64,000 bases of DNA, taken from Acidimicrobiales bacterium. GTDB taxonomy: Bacteria > Actinomycetota > Acidimicrobiia > Acidimicrobiales > SZUA-35. The notes beneath the pieces are model-generated. The model did not search any database. It worked only from the letters and a program-made list of their open reading frames with translations, and was not told the origin of the DNA. Below, piece after piece: positions 15,848 through 25,817 of this stretch (its first letter is position 1; each line of letters starts with the position of its first letter). A program made the position numbers and the translations under genes. The stretch covers positions 24,534-88,533 of the forward strand of contig JAWKIL010000003.1 of the NCBI GenBank assembly GCA_041394285.1, given 5' to 3'.

Positions 15848-17083
15848 ATGACATCACCCGCCACCTCGACCGGAGGGACCGCCGAGCGGCCGGCTCTCGA
15901 TGCTGCCAGCCTCCTGAGCGACGCCCGCGACGTGCTCAGCGATGCCGTGGCCCTCCGCCGCCGGATCCACGCCGAGCCCGAGCTGGGGCTCGACCTGCCC
16001 CGGACCCAGGCCAAGGTGCTCGACGCCTTGGCTGAGCTGGATCTCGAGGTGCGGACGGGGGAGGGGCTGTCGTCGGTGGTGGCATCGCTCACCGGCGACG
16101 CCGAGGGCCCGACGCTGCTGCTCCGGGCCGACATGGACGCCCTGCCCCTGACCGAGGACACCGGGGTCGACTTCGCCTCCACCCTGCCGGGCCGGATGCA
16201 CGCCTGCGGGCACGACGCCCACGTGGCCATGCTGGTGGGGGCGGCCCGGCTGCTGGCGGCCCGGCGCCGTGACCTGCGGGGCACGGTGAAGTTCCTGTTC
16301 CAGCCGGGGGAGGAGGGCCCCGGCGGGGCCCCGATCTGCATCGAGGAGGGCCTGCTCGACGACCCTCCGGTCGACGCCGCCTTCGCCCTCCACATCTCGC
16401 CCAACCTGGCGTCGGGCCGGCTGGCCACCCGGCCTGGGCCGCTCATGGCGGCCACCGACGAGCTGCTGATCACGCTGACCGGCAAGGGCGGGCACGCCTC
16501 GACCCCTCACCTGGCCGTCGATCCCATCCCGGTGGCGGCCGAGCTCGTGCTGGCCCTGCAGAGCCTGCTCACCCGCAAGGTGGACCCGTTCGAACCGGTG
16601 GTGCTCACGATCGCCCGGATCTCGGCCGGGACCACGAGCAACGTGATCCCCGAGACGGCGGAGCTGGAGGGGACGCTTCGGACGGTGTCGGACCGGGCCC
16701 GGGAGCGGTTGCTGGCCGAGATCGAGCGCCTTTCGATGCACATCGCCGCCGCCCACGGCTGCTCGGCCGAGGTGGCCGTGCGCCGGGGTTACCCGGTGAC
16801 GGTGAACGACGCCGGCTTCGTGTCGTTCACCCGGGACGTGCTGGGCCAGCTCGTGGGGACCGACCGGGTGCTGGACATGAAGACCCCGATCCTCGGCGCC
16901 GAGGACTGGTCCTATGTGTTGCAGAAGGTACCGGGGTGCATGGCCTTCCTCGGCGTGTGCCCGCCGGGCGTGTCGCCCCGGGAGGCGCCGTCGTGCCATT
17001 CCAATCGGATGGAGCTCGACGAGGAGGCGTTGGCCGTGGGGATAGCCAGCCACGCCGCCATCGCTCTCAGCTACCTGAGCTGA
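15848..17083 (+). CDS. M20-family amidohydrolase (N-acyl-L-amino-acid amidohydrolase / hippurate hydrolase type)
   Basis: ORF 14597..17083 trimmed to ATG 15848 (GAAAGGA upstream). It has the MHACGHDAH metal motif and FQPGEEG. Confidence 0.88.
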   Translation: MTSPATSTGGTAERPALDAASLLSDARDVLSDAVALRRRIHAEPELGLDLPRTQAKVLDALAELDLEVRTGEGLSSVVASLTGDAEGPTLLLRADMDALPLTEDTGVDFASTLPGRMHACGHDAHVAMLVGAARLLAARRRDLRGTVKFLFQPGEEGPGGAPICIEEGLLDDPPVDAAFALHISPNLASGRLATRPGPLMAATDELLITLTGKGGHASTPHLAVDPIPVAAELVLALQSLLTRKVDPFEPVVLTIARISAGTTSNVIPETAELEGTLRTVSDRARERLLAEIERLSMHIAAAHGCSAEVAVRRGYPVTVNDAGFVSFTRDVLGQLVGTDRVLDMKTPILGAEDWSYVLQKVPGCMAFLGVCPPGVSPREAPSCHSNRMELDEEALAVGIASHAAIALSYLS

Positions 17084-17113
17084 GCGCGATCTTTTCGACC
17101 GGACAGGGTGATG

Positions 17114-17512
17114 TCAGCCGCCGAGCTTGCGGGCCTTGGCCGCCTTGGACCGCTCCATGATGGCGGCCGGGATGCGGCTGGCGATCCCGCCGCCGGCGGC
17201 GGCCGGGGCGTCACCGTTGCTGGCGGCCACGGCGGCCGCCGGCTCGTTCTTGCGCAGGGCGGCCTGGGCCTTCGCCTCCTGGGCCTCCTGCCACGCCTTG
17301 AGCTGGTCCGGGCGGGCCAGCAGGTCGTGGCTGACCTGGCCCCGGACCTTGCCGCCGGCGAACTTCACCCAGTAGCGGCGCCACTCGCCCAGGCCGTTGG
17401 CCAGCTGGATCTTGCCCTTGGTGCCGGCCTCGATGTCGTCGAACTCGGTGGCGGCGATCACCTTCTCGCCCGGGCGGAAGGGGGTGTCGAGCGTGAGCAC
17501 CTTCTTGGCCAT
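17114..17512 (-). CDS. hypothetical protein
   Basis: Trimmed to ATG 17512 (MAKKVLTLD...), with GAGGAA upstream. It has a small globular N-terminal half and an Ala/Lys-rich tail. No family recognised. Confidence 0.5.
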   Translation of the reverse strand: MAKKVLTLDTPFRPGEKVIAATEFDDIEAGTKGKIQLANGLGEWRRYWVKFAGGKVRGQVSHDLLARPDQLKAWQEAQEAKAQAALRKNEPAAAVAASNGDAPAAAGGGIASRIPAAIMERSKAAKARKLGG

Positions 17513-17717
17513 GTCTCGGGTTCCTCGTGGTCGTCGTTTCCGGGGTGGCGGCGCAGCGTGGTCGGGGTGGTGGCGCCGGCCACCAGGCCAGGTGTCCCAG
17601 GCCGGAGTCACTGTACTGCCCCAGGCCTCCGGTGCACGAGGCCGCCCCCGCCCGACCGATGATCGCCGGTGACGTTCGGCTCTGGGCGGCGGTGGGAACA
17701 GGGCCCATCATGAAGCC

Positions 17718-18515
17718 ATGGCCGACGTGACCGACGCTCCTGGTGAGGTTCCCCACCTGCTCGTGATGGGAGACGACGGCTCCACCGGCGCCGACGTGGC
17801 CTGGCTGTGGGTGTGCAACCACCGGTGGCCGGGGTGGCGGGCCGAGGTGGTGACGGCCGAGCGGCCCCGTGTGCCGGCGGTGGCGTCGGCTCCGGCCGTG
17901 GCCGAGGAGTGGGAGTCGCCCCATCCCCGGCTGCTCATGGCCCAGAGCGAGCTGGCCTCGGTGCGGGCGCTCACCGTGGCCCGGGATCAGCGCCTGGCCC
18001 TGAACGACCGGAGCGACGCCGACCTGCTGGTGGTGGGACCCCACAACCAGGGCCGGGTGCGAACCCTGCTGTTGGGCAGCACCACCGAGTGGCTGCTGCA
18101 CCACCCGCCGGCTCCGATCGCCGTGGTCCGCTCGGCCACGCCGGTGCGGCGGGTCCTGGTGACGGCCGACGGCTCGGAGCATGCCCGGGCCGCGCTCGGC
18201 GCCTTCTGCCGCCTGCCGTGGGCGTCCGATGCCGAGGCGCTGGTGCTCGGGGTGTCCGACGGTTGGTTGCACCCGGACGACGCCGTGGCGGGCGCCGTGG
18301 CCGAGCTCGGAGCGGCCGGCGTGAAGGCGACGGGCCTGGTGGCCGAGGGTCGGGTCACCCACGAGATCCTCGACCACATCGACGAGCTGGACGCCCAGCT
18401 CGTGGTGCTGGGCACTCGGGGCCTCAGCGGTTGGGACCGGCTCCGGCTCGGCTCGACGGCCAGCGCCGTGGTGCGCAGCGCCCCCTGTTCCTGCCTGGTG
18501 GCCTGCGTCGACTGA
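17718..18515 (+). CDS. universal stress protein (tandem Usp domains)
   Basis: 265 aa with two Usp-like halves. The C-terminal half has the VVLGTRGLSGWDRLRLGSTASAV ATP-binding-type motif. Confidence 0.8.
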   Translation: MADVTDAPGEVPHLLVMGDDGSTGADVAWLWVCNHRWPGWRAEVVTAERPRVPAVASAPAVAEEWESPHPRLLMAQSELASVRALTVARDQRLALNDRSDADLLVVGPHNQGRVRTLLLGSTTEWLLHHPPAPIAVVRSATPVRRVLVTADGSEHARAALGAFCRLPWASDAEALVLGVSDGWLHPDDAVAGAVAELGAAGVKATGLVAEGRVTHEILDHIDELDAQLVVLGTRGLSGWDRLRLGSTASAVVRSAPCSCLVACVD

Positions 18516-18539
18516 GTGTCCCCCTCGGGGGCGTGGCGT

Positions 18540-20363
18540 TCACCGCACGATGAGGCCCTCGAAGTCGCCCTGCTCCCGCCAGCGGGCCAGCATGTCGTAG
18601 AAGGCCAGCGCCCCTTCGGGATAGGTGGTCTGGAGGAACCCCCGGCCCTCGTTGGTGCCCTCGCCGTTGTAGTAGCCCGGCGTGCACGCCTTCTGGTACT
18701 CGGTCATGGCGTTGGGTAGCGACATGATCCTCACCCAGTCGGCCTCGGCCTCCGGCGTCGGCTCGATGGCGGTGGAACCGCGCCTCGTCACCTCGGCCAC
18801 CAGCTGGGCGACGTGTTCCGACTGCAGGTTGAGCATGTAGGTGAAGTTGGCCGTGACGCCGGTCTGGGTCAGTCCCATGTGGAAGCAGTTGGGGAACCCG
18901 TGGCTGAGGAAGCCGTGGAAGGTCCGCATGCCGCCGGCCCACGCCTCCTCCAGCGATCGCCCGTCTCGGCCGTACAGGTTGAACTCGGCCCGCCGCACGT
19001 AGGCCGTCCCCACCTCGAACCCGGTGGCGAAGATGAGGCAGTCGACGGGGTACTCGGTGCCGCCCACCACCACGCCGTGCCCGGTGATCCGCTCCACCCC
19101 GTGCCCCCCGGTGTCGACCAGCGTCACGTTGGGCCGGTTGAACGTGGGCAGGTAATCGTCGTTGAACGTGGGCCGCTTGCACCACTGCCCGAACCAGGGC
19201 TTGAGCGCCTCGGCCGTGGCCGGATCGGTGACCGTCCGGTCCACCCGGTCGCGGATCTCGTTCATCTTCTGGAAGTCGGCGATCTCGGCCAGCAGCGCCC
19301 GCTCTTCGGCCGACATCGACGAATCCCGCGTGCCGAGCAGGTCGCCCAGCTTCTTGAGGGGGCTGGTCCACTTGTCCCGGACCTGGTCGTCCTCCAGCTG
19401 GATGCCGTCGAGCAGGGCGGTGAAGTTGCGGTTCCGCTGGCCCTGCCAACCGGGCTTCAGCTTCTCCACCCACTTGGGATTGGTCGGCGTGTTGTTGCGC
19501 TCGTCGACCGAGGAGGGCGTGCGCTGGAACACGTACAGGTGCTGGGCGTGCTCACCCAGGTGGGGTATCGACTGGATCGCGGTGGCACCGGTGCCGATGA
19601 TGCCGACGCGCTTGTCGTGCAGCTTGTGGAGGTTCCCGTTGGTGTCGCCCCCGGTGTAGTCGTAGTCCCAACGGCTGGTGTGGAAGGTGTGGCCTTCGAA
19701 GTCTTCGATGCCGGGCACGCCGGGCAGCTTGGGCTTGTTGAGCGGCCCGCTGGACATGATGAGGAACCGGGCCCGGAACACGTCGTCCCGATCGGTGGTG
19801 ACCGTCCAGCGACCCTCCCCGTCGTCCCAGCGGGCCTCCCGCACCCGGGTCTGGAAACAGGCCCGGTCGTAGAGGTCGAACTGCCGGCCGATCTGTTGGG
19901 CGTGGGCGAAGATCTCGGGTTGGAACGAGTACCGCTCCTTGGGGATGTAGCCGGTCTCCTCCAGCAGCGGGAGGTACAGATAGCCCTCGATGTCGCACTG
20001 GGCCCCCGGGTACCGGTTCCAGTACCAGGTGCCGCCGAAGTCGCCCGCCTTCTCCACGATCCGGAAGTCGGTGACCCCGGCCTCCTGCAGCCGCACGGCA
20101 GCCAGCTGCCCGCCGAAGCCGCCGCCGATCACGAGCACGTCGATGGTCTCGCGCCGCGGTGCCCGGCTGAAGCCGGGTTCCACGTAGGGGTCGACGTTGT
20201 AGCGGTCGAACTCGCCCGCCATCATGCGGTACTGGTCGTTGGCGTCGGGGCGGAGGCGCTTGGCCCGCTCGGCGGCGTACCGCCGGCGCAGCGCCTCGAT
20301 GTCGAAGTCGAGATCCTCGGGCATCGGTATGTGTACGGACGATTGCGTGCCGGCGTCGGTCAT
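18540..20363 (-). CDS. Baeyer-Villiger (flavin-containing) monooxygenase
   Basis: 607 aa with a GGGFGG FAD motif, a GGTWYWNRYPG motif, the BVMO fingerprint FEGHTFHTSRW and a second Rossmann motif (GIIGTGAT). Confidence 0.9.
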   Translation of the reverse strand: MTDAGTQSSVHIPMPEDLDFDIEALRRRYAAERAKRLRPDANDQYRMMAGEFDRYNVDPYVEPGFSRAPRRETIDVLVIGGGFGGQLAAVRLQEAGVTDFRIVEKAGDFGGTWYWNRYPGAQCDIEGYLYLPLLEETGYIPKERYSFQPEIFAHAQQIGRQFDLYDRACFQTRVREARWDDGEGRWTVTTDRDDVFRARFLIMSSGPLNKPKLPGVPGIEDFEGHTFHTSRWDYDYTGGDTNGNLHKLHDKRVGIIGTGATAIQSIPHLGEHAQHLYVFQRTPSSVDERNNTPTNPKWVEKLKPGWQGQRNRNFTALLDGIQLEDDQVRDKWTSPLKKLGDLLGTRDSSMSAEERALLAEIADFQKMNEIRDRVDRTVTDPATAEALKPWFGQWCKRPTFNDDYLPTFNRPNVTLVDTGGHGVERITGHGVVVGGTEYPVDCLIFATGFEVGTAYVRRAEFNLYGRDGRSLEEAWAGGMRTFHGFLSHGFPNCFHMGLTQTGVTANFTYMLNLQSEHVAQLVAEVTRRGSTAIEPTPEAEADWVRIMSLPNAMTEYQKACTPGYYNGEGTNEGRGFLQTTYPEGALAFYDMLARWREQGDFEGLIVR

Positions 20364-20451
20364 GAGCCGAACACCTCCCCCCTGGACGGCTACGGGCTCT
20401 GCCCGGGACGCTACTCCAGCGCCGGCGGGGGCGGTAAAGCCGGAGGGGTCG

Positions 20452-21363
20452 CTACGGCAGGCCCCGGCCCGACATCATGGCCGGCCCCAGGATGACGATG
20501 AAGAGGGCGGGCAGGATGCACAGGCCCAGGGGGAAGATCATCAGCGTGGGGAGCCGCTGGGCCCGCTCCTCGGCCCGGAAGCGCCGCTTCTCCCGCATCT
20601 CGATCGACAGGGTGCGCAGGGTGGCGGCCAGGGGGACGCCGAGCGCGTCGGCCTGGCGCAGGGCCAGCACCACCGTCTTGAGGTCTTCGACCTGGGACCG
20701 CTCGGCCAACGCCTCCAGGGCGTCGGACCGGGTGGAACCGAAGCGGATGTCCTGCAGCATCCGCAGGAACTCCTGGGCCAGCACGCTGGTGGGCCCCCGG
20801 CTCGTGCGGGCCAGGGCGGCCTCGAAGCCGAGGCCGGCCTCGACCGAGATCGTCACCTGGTCGAGCAGGTCGGGCAGCGCCCGCGTGATCGATTCCGCCC
20901 GGCGGTCGGCCCGGGCCCGGATGAGGATGTCGGGGGCGAAGAACCCCACGGCGGTGGCGATCACCAGCAGGAGCACCATGCGGGGCCGGGCGTCGCCGCC
21001 GACGACCCGGAGCCCCAGCACCAGCGCCAGCAGGCCCGACAGGAGGACCTTGGCCCCCAGGATCTGCTCGGCCGACAGCCGGCCCGAGAGACCGGCCTTG
21101 GCCAGGGCCAGGTTGCGCCCTCCGACCCAGCCGATGGGGGTGAAGCGGAGGAGCCGGCGGCCGACGTGGCGGATCAGGGGGGCCACCAGCCGTTCCACCG
21201 GCGACCGCTGAAGGGCTGCCTGGCGCATCGTCGGGTTGAGGCCCGACAGGTTCAGGCTCACGCGCTGGCTCGCCGGGCGGTCGGTGGAGAACGCCCACCA
21301 GGCCACCGGGACCGACGCGCCGACCATGGCGGCTGCCGACCATAGGACTACCGACACCATCAC
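20452..21363 (-). CDS. tadC: type II secretion system F-family protein, TadC
   Basis: 303 aa. It has a T2SSF domain with flanking TM helices and is the last gene of the tad cluster. Confidence 0.85.
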   Translation of the reverse strand: MMVSVVLWSAAAMVGASVPVAWWAFSTDRPASQRVSLNLSGLNPTMRQAALQRSPVERLVAPLIRHVGRRLLRFTPIGWVGGRNLALAKAGLSGRLSAEQILGAKVLLSGLLALVLGLRVVGGDARPRMVLLLVIATAVGFFAPDILIRARADRRAESITRALPDLLDQVTISVEAGLGFEAALARTSRGPTSVLAQEFLRMLQDIRFGSTRSDALEALAERSQVEDLKTVVLALRQADALGVPLAATLRTLSIEMREKRRFRAEERAQRLPTLMIFPLGLCILPALFIVILGPAMMSGRGLP

Positions 21364-21394
21364 TCCTCCTCGGTCCTCAGTGCTTCCCCGGTCC

Positions 21395-23347
21395 TCAGTA
21401 CTTCACCTTGACCAGCTGGCGGATCCACAGATGCCCGAGGGTCATGCCGCTCACGGCCAGGACCAACAGGATCCGGCCCAGCGGATCGGTCAGCATGCGC
21501 CCGATGTTGTCGGGCGTCCGCCACCAGCTGAAGAGGAACAGGACGATCGGCATGGCCAGCAGCACCCAGCCGGTGGCCCGCCCCTCGGCCGACAGCGCGT
21601 TCACCTGGCGCGCCACCGACCGGCGTTCCCGCAGGGTGGCGGCCAGGTTGTTGAGGATCTCGGTCAGATCACCGCCCAGCTCCCGGTGGATGTCCACCGC
21701 CTGGGCCAGCCACTCCATGTCGGCACTGTCCATCCGCCGGGCCACGTCCCGCATCGACTCCGTGAGGTCCCGCCCCACCCGGACCTCGAAATGGATCCGG
21801 TGGAACAGCTCGGCGCTGGGCGACGGAGCCTCGGTGGCCACCAACTCGATCGCCTGGCGGAGGCTCTGGCCGGCTCGCAGGCTGTTGGCCATGATCGCCA
21901 GCGTCGCGGTCAGCTGATCGGCGAACCGGGACCGACGGCGGCCGGCCCGGATGTTGAGGACGAGCATCACCACCAGGGGTGGGATCGGCATGACCAGCAC
22001 GGCCAGCACCGGGCCGGCCAGGGCCACCGCCAGCACCAGGGTGGCGGCGGTGGCGGCGAGCGAGACCAGCACGAGCTCGCCCGGCCGGAGGTCGATGCCG
22101 GCGGCATCGAGGCGGGCGTCGAGGCGCCGTTGGCTGTCGTGGCGCGACACCAGCCGATCGACGACCTGACCCAGTTGGGCGTTGATACCGGCCACCCGGT
22201 CGGCGCTGGTGACCGTGGCCAACTGCACCTGGGGCGACGATCGGGCGATCAGCAGTCCCAGGAGCGTCAGCGCCCCGAAGACCGACCCGTTGCCGATCCA
22301 GAACAGCAGGGACCCCGCCCACCGACCTCCGCCGCCGACTGTGGTCACGGCCGGGGGCGGGGCCGTGACCAGCGGAGCGCCCGGGGCTGGGGCCGGGTCG
22401 CCGGTGCCGCCACCGGGCGGCGCCGTGGCGCCCCGGCCCTGGAGCGTGACCGAGGCGGTGGCCACGGCCCCGTCGACGGCCACCGAGACCACCACCGTTC
22501 GGGTGCCCTGCTGCGACGATATATAGGTGAGCTGGTAGCGGTTGGCCAGCCGCCCTGCGATCTCGCTGTAGATCGACTCGAACTCGCCGATGTCGGCGGC
22601 GGCCAGGACCTGGCCACCCACCTGGTCGACCGTGGCCTGCAGAGCGGGCAGGTCGGCTTCCGGGCTCTCGACGGCGACGGCGTACAGGATGGTGCGGTGG
22701 GCGGTGAGGTGCTCGACCGCCAACGCCCGGTCGGCGGTGCTCACGGTGTCTCCCCCGTCGGACAGCACCACCACCGAGGAGCGCCCGTCGTCGGCGCCCA
22801 CCAGGTCGGCCGCCGTCACCAGCCCGTCCCACAGCGAGGTGTCGCCGCCGGCTGTGGTGATGCCGTCGAGGGCGGCGAGGAGGCGGGCCCGGTCGAGCGT
22901 CGGCTCCTGGCGGATCACCACGTCGCTCCCGAAGGTCACCAGCCCCACCCGGGTGTCGGCTGACACGGTCTGGGCGAAGCGCCGGGCCGCGGCCCGGGCC
23001 GCATCGAGGGCGGCCCCTTCCATGCTGCCCGAGACGTCGAGGGCCAGCACGGTGGCGGCCGGGGTGCCGAGTGCGGCAACCGTCAGATCGTCGACCAGAT
23101 CGTCGCCGTCGGTCACGGCGAAGTCCCCCGCCGTGCGCCGCGGTCCGAAGGTCGCCGGCACGGCCACGTCGAGGCTGATCGTGTCGGCATCCTGGCCCAC
23201 GCCCAGGATCTGGACCTGACCGTCGGGATCCCCGCCGGGGCCGACCGGCGGAGGCTGGGCCCCGCCGACCCCGCCGCCGACCGCCACCACCAGAGCGAGC
23301 AGGGCGCCGGCGGCCAACGCCTTCAGGGCCGTCACCCTCATGGCCAC
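21395..23347 (-). CDS. tadB: vWA domain - TadB (T2SSF) fusion protein
   Basis: 650 aa. In order: signal/TM segment, vWA domain with MIDAS DVSGSM, Pro/Gly-rich linker, TM, and a T2SSF domain (DQLTATLAIMANSLRAGQSL...). The alternative start ATG 23341 forms an ATGA overlap with the cpaF stop. Confidence 0.85.
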   Translation of the reverse strand: MAMRVTALKALAAGALLALVVAVGGGVGGAQPPPVGPGGDPDGQVQILGVGQDADTISLDVAVPATFGPRRTAGDFAVTDGDDLVDDLTVAALGTPAATVLALDVSGSMEGAALDAARAAARRFAQTVSADTRVGLVTFGSDVVIRQEPTLDRARLLAALDGITTAGGDTSLWDGLVTAADLVGADDGRSSVVVLSDGGDTVSTADRALAVEHLTAHRTILYAVAVESPEADLPALQATVDQVGGQVLAAADIGEFESIYSEIAGRLANRYQLTYISSQQGTRTVVVSVAVDGAVATASVTLQGRGATAPPGGGTGDPAPAPGAPLVTAPPPAVTTVGGGGRWAGSLLFWIGNGSVFGALTLLGLLIARSSPQVQLATVTSADRVAGINAQLGQVVDRLVSRHDSQRRLDARLDAAGIDLRPGELVLVSLAATAATLVLAVALAGPVLAVLVMPIPPLVVMLVLNIRAGRRRSRFADQLTATLAIMANSLRAGQSLRQAIELVATEAPSPSAELFHRIHFEVRVGRDLTESMRDVARRMDSADMEWLAQAVDIHRELGGDLTEILNNLAATLRERRSVARQVNALSAEGRATGWVLLAMPIVLFLFSWWRTPDNIGRMLTDPLGRILLVLAVSGMTLGHLWIRQLVKVKY

Positions 23348-24630
23348 CCGTCGTCCCCCGTCTCGGGAAACGCCGTGACCCGATCCTCGGTGGTGGCCCC
23401 GGGATCGAGGGCGAAGACCGTGGAGGTGCTGATGGTGTCGCCCTCCATGCCGTTGACCTGGGCGATCTCGGTGACCCGGCGACTCCCGTCGCCCATGCGG
23501 CTCAGATGCACCACCAGGTCGAGGGCGGAGGCGATCTGCTCCCGGATCGAACGGGCCGGCAGCTCGAGGCCGGCCATGAGCACCATCGTCTCCAGCCGGG
23601 CCAGGGCGTCGCGGGGGGAGTTGGCGTGCAGGGTGGACAGCGATCCCTCGTGCCCGGTGTTCATGGCCTGGAGCATGTCGAGCGCCTCCCCACCCCGGAC
23701 CTCGCCGATCACGATGCGATCGGGGCGCATGCGCAGCGAGTTGTGCACGAGCTGGCGGATCGAGATCTGGCCCCGGCCCTCCACGTTGGGGGGCCGGGCC
23801 TCGAGGCGCACCACGTGCCGCTGGTGCAGGCGCAACTCCACCGAGTCCTCGATCGTCACGATTCGCTCCTGCTCGGGGATGAAGGACGACACGACGTTGA
23901 GCAGCGTGGTCTTGCCCGAGCCGGTGCCCCCGCTGATGAGGATGTTGCGGCGGGACCGGACGCTGTGGTCGAGGAAGGCCACCGCCTCGTCGGTCAGGGT
24001 GCCGGCCCGCACGAGGTCGGCGGCCGCCAGCGCCGTCTGGGCGAACTTCCGGATGGTGAGCATCGGCCCGTCCACGGCCAGCGGGGGGATGATGGCGTTC
24101 ACCCGGCTGCCGTCGGGCAGGCGGGCGTCGACCAGGGGCGACGACTCGTCGATGCGGCGGCCCACGGCGGCCACGATCCGCTCGATGATCTGGCGCACGT
24201 GCTGGTGGGTCATGAAGCGGGCCTCGGTCAGGTACAGCCGGCCGGCCCGCTCCACGTAGATGGCGTCGTCGGCATTGACCATCACCTCGGTGACCGTCGG
24301 GTCGAGGAGGAACTGCTCGATCGGCCCGAGGCCCAGGATGTCGGCCCCGATCGACTCCACGAGGTGCCGGCGCTCGGCCGGCGAGAGCTGGGTGGCCTCG
24401 GCCGACAGGATCTCGTCGAGCTCGCGCACCACGTGGGTCCGCAGCTGGTCCTCACCCATGTCGGGATCGAACAGCCGGTTGCCCAGGCGGTCGAACAGGG
24501 CCTTCTGGGCCCGCGACCGCAGGCGGAACAGGGGGTCGGTCGGCGGCGACCCGCCGCTGCCGTCGGGAAGGATCCCGGGCCCGGTCGGCCGCCTCGTGTC
24601 GGACTGGCGCAGCATCTGGGCGAGGTTCAT
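23338..24630 (-). CDS. tadA: CpaF/TadA secretion ATPase
   Basis: ORF 23338..25947 trimmed to ATG 24630 (ATGA overlap with the upstream stop). It has Walker A (GGTGSGKTT), Asp/His boxes and the GHEGSLSTLHAN motif. Confidence 0.92.
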   Translation of the reverse strand: MNLAQMLRQSDTRRPTGPGILPDGSGGSPPTDPLFRLRSRAQKALFDRLGNRLFDPDMGEDQLRTHVVRELDEILSAEATQLSPAERRHLVESIGADILGLGPIEQFLLDPTVTEVMVNADDAIYVERAGRLYLTEARFMTHQHVRQIIERIVAAVGRRIDESSPLVDARLPDGSRVNAIIPPLAVDGPMLTIRKFAQTALAAADLVRAGTLTDEAVAFLDHSVRSRRNILISGGTGSGKTTLLNVVSSFIPEQERIVTIEDSVELRLHQRHVVRLEARPPNVEGRGQISIRQLVHNSLRMRPDRIVIGEVRGGEALDMLQAMNTGHEGSLSTLHANSPRDALARLETMVLMAGLELPARSIREQIASALDLVVHLSRMGDGSRRVTEIAQVNGMEGDTISTSTVFALDPGATTEDRVTAFPETGDDGWP

Positions 24631-25817
24631 CGGCGTCCCTTCCGTCGTGACCCGCGCCGTAGCCGTCGATCGTCGGGATCGGGCGTGGGGGAGAAGAACT
24701 CGGCGATCTCGTCGAAGCGTCGGGCCAGGCTGCCTCCGTCTCGCCGCTCGATCACGGGGACGCCCTCGTTGGTCGCCACCGGGATCAGGCGGGTGCTCGG
24801 GATCTGGAACGTGGCCTGGAGGCCGACGGCGGCCTCGATCTCGGCCAACGACAAGCCGACCTTGGCATTGGCCCGGTTGAGCACGAACGTGCGGCGCTGG
24901 GTGGTGAACCCCACCTCGTCGAGCACGTCGAGCTGGCGGCGGACGGCCCGGATCGACGGCACGTCGGTGGTCGAGATGATCAGCAAGTCGGTCGACTGCT
25001 CCATGGCGGCCAGGGCGAAGCGGTCCACGCCGCCCGCCGTGTCGACGACCACGAACGGGAACTCCTCGGCGAAGGCGGCCATGGTCCGCTTGATCTGGTC
25101 CTGGACGATGTCGTCGGCCGCCACCAGGTCCTCGGGCGGCGCCAGCACGCCGAGACCCGACTGGTGACCGGCCAGGAACACCTTCAGCGCGTTGCGGTCG
25201 TTCTTCACCGCTTCCACCGCCTCGACCAGCGAATACTCGGGGCGGAGGCCGAGGGCGGCGGCGCAGTCGCCGAACTGCACGTCGAGATCCACCAGCAGGA
25301 CCTGCTTGGGGGCCCGCCAGGCCAGGCCGACGGCCAGGTTGACCGCCACCGTGGTCTTGCCGCTGCCCCCTTTGGGGCTGACCACCGTGATGACCCGGCG
25401 CCGGATGGCGCCGATCGACCGGCCCCGGCGTTGATGGCGGGACCGGGCGAGGTCGAGCACCGGCTGGACGGCGTCGCGGAACTCGTCCCTCGTCCCACCC
25501 TCGAGGATCACGTCGCGGGCCCCGAGGCGGAGCAGCTGCAGCGCGGTGGCCATGTCGAGCCGGGGTACCAGGCACAGGATGGTGGTGGAGGGGAACAGCC
25601 GATCGATCTCGGGGACCACCAGCTCGGTCATGTCGAGGCCCACGTCGGCGCCGATCACCACGAGCTCGGGGTCGGCGGCGCAGGCGTCCATGGCCACCTC
25701 CACCGGATCCCGCCACTGGTTCGACCAGATCCGCCGGACCGGGCCCGAGCGGCCGAACAGCTCGACGAAGACCGCCTCCAGCCGGGGGTTGCCCGACACG
25801 ATGGTCACGCCGCTCAC
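24627..25817 (-). CDS. CpaE/TadZ-like pilus-assembly ATPase (receiver-like N-domain + ParA/MinD domain)
   Basis: 396 aa with a deviant Walker A (SPKGGSGKTT). A GTGA overlap links it to the cpaB stop. Confidence 0.85.
   Translation of the reverse strand: MSGVTIVSGNPRLEAVFVELFGRSGPVRRIWSNQWRDPVEVAMDACAADPELVVIGADVGLDMTELVVPEIDRLFPSTTILCLVPRLDMATALQLLRLGARDVILEGGTRDEFRDAVQPVLDLARSRHQRRGRSIGAIRRRVITVVSPKGGSGKTTVAVNLAVGLAWRAPKQVLLVDLDVQFGDCAAALGLRPEYSLVEAVEAVKNDRNALKVFLAGHQSGLGVLAPPEDLVAADDIVQDQIKRTMAAFAEEFPFVVVDTAGGVDRFALAAMEQSTDLLIISTTDVPSIRAVRRQLDVLDEVGFTTQRRTFVLNRANAKVGLSLAEIEAAVGLQATFQIPSTRLIPVATNEGVPVIERRDGGSLARRFDEIAEFFSPTPDPDDRRLRRGSRRKGRR

Noticed and set aside
17513-17717. A 205-bp divergent intergenic region (hypothetical / usp) as a possible sRNA or 6C-type RNA locus.
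   Set aside because: There are no paired C-rich loops and no convincing stem-loop or terminator, only a 5-bp inverted repeat (ggtgg..ccacc). Evidence is insufficient.
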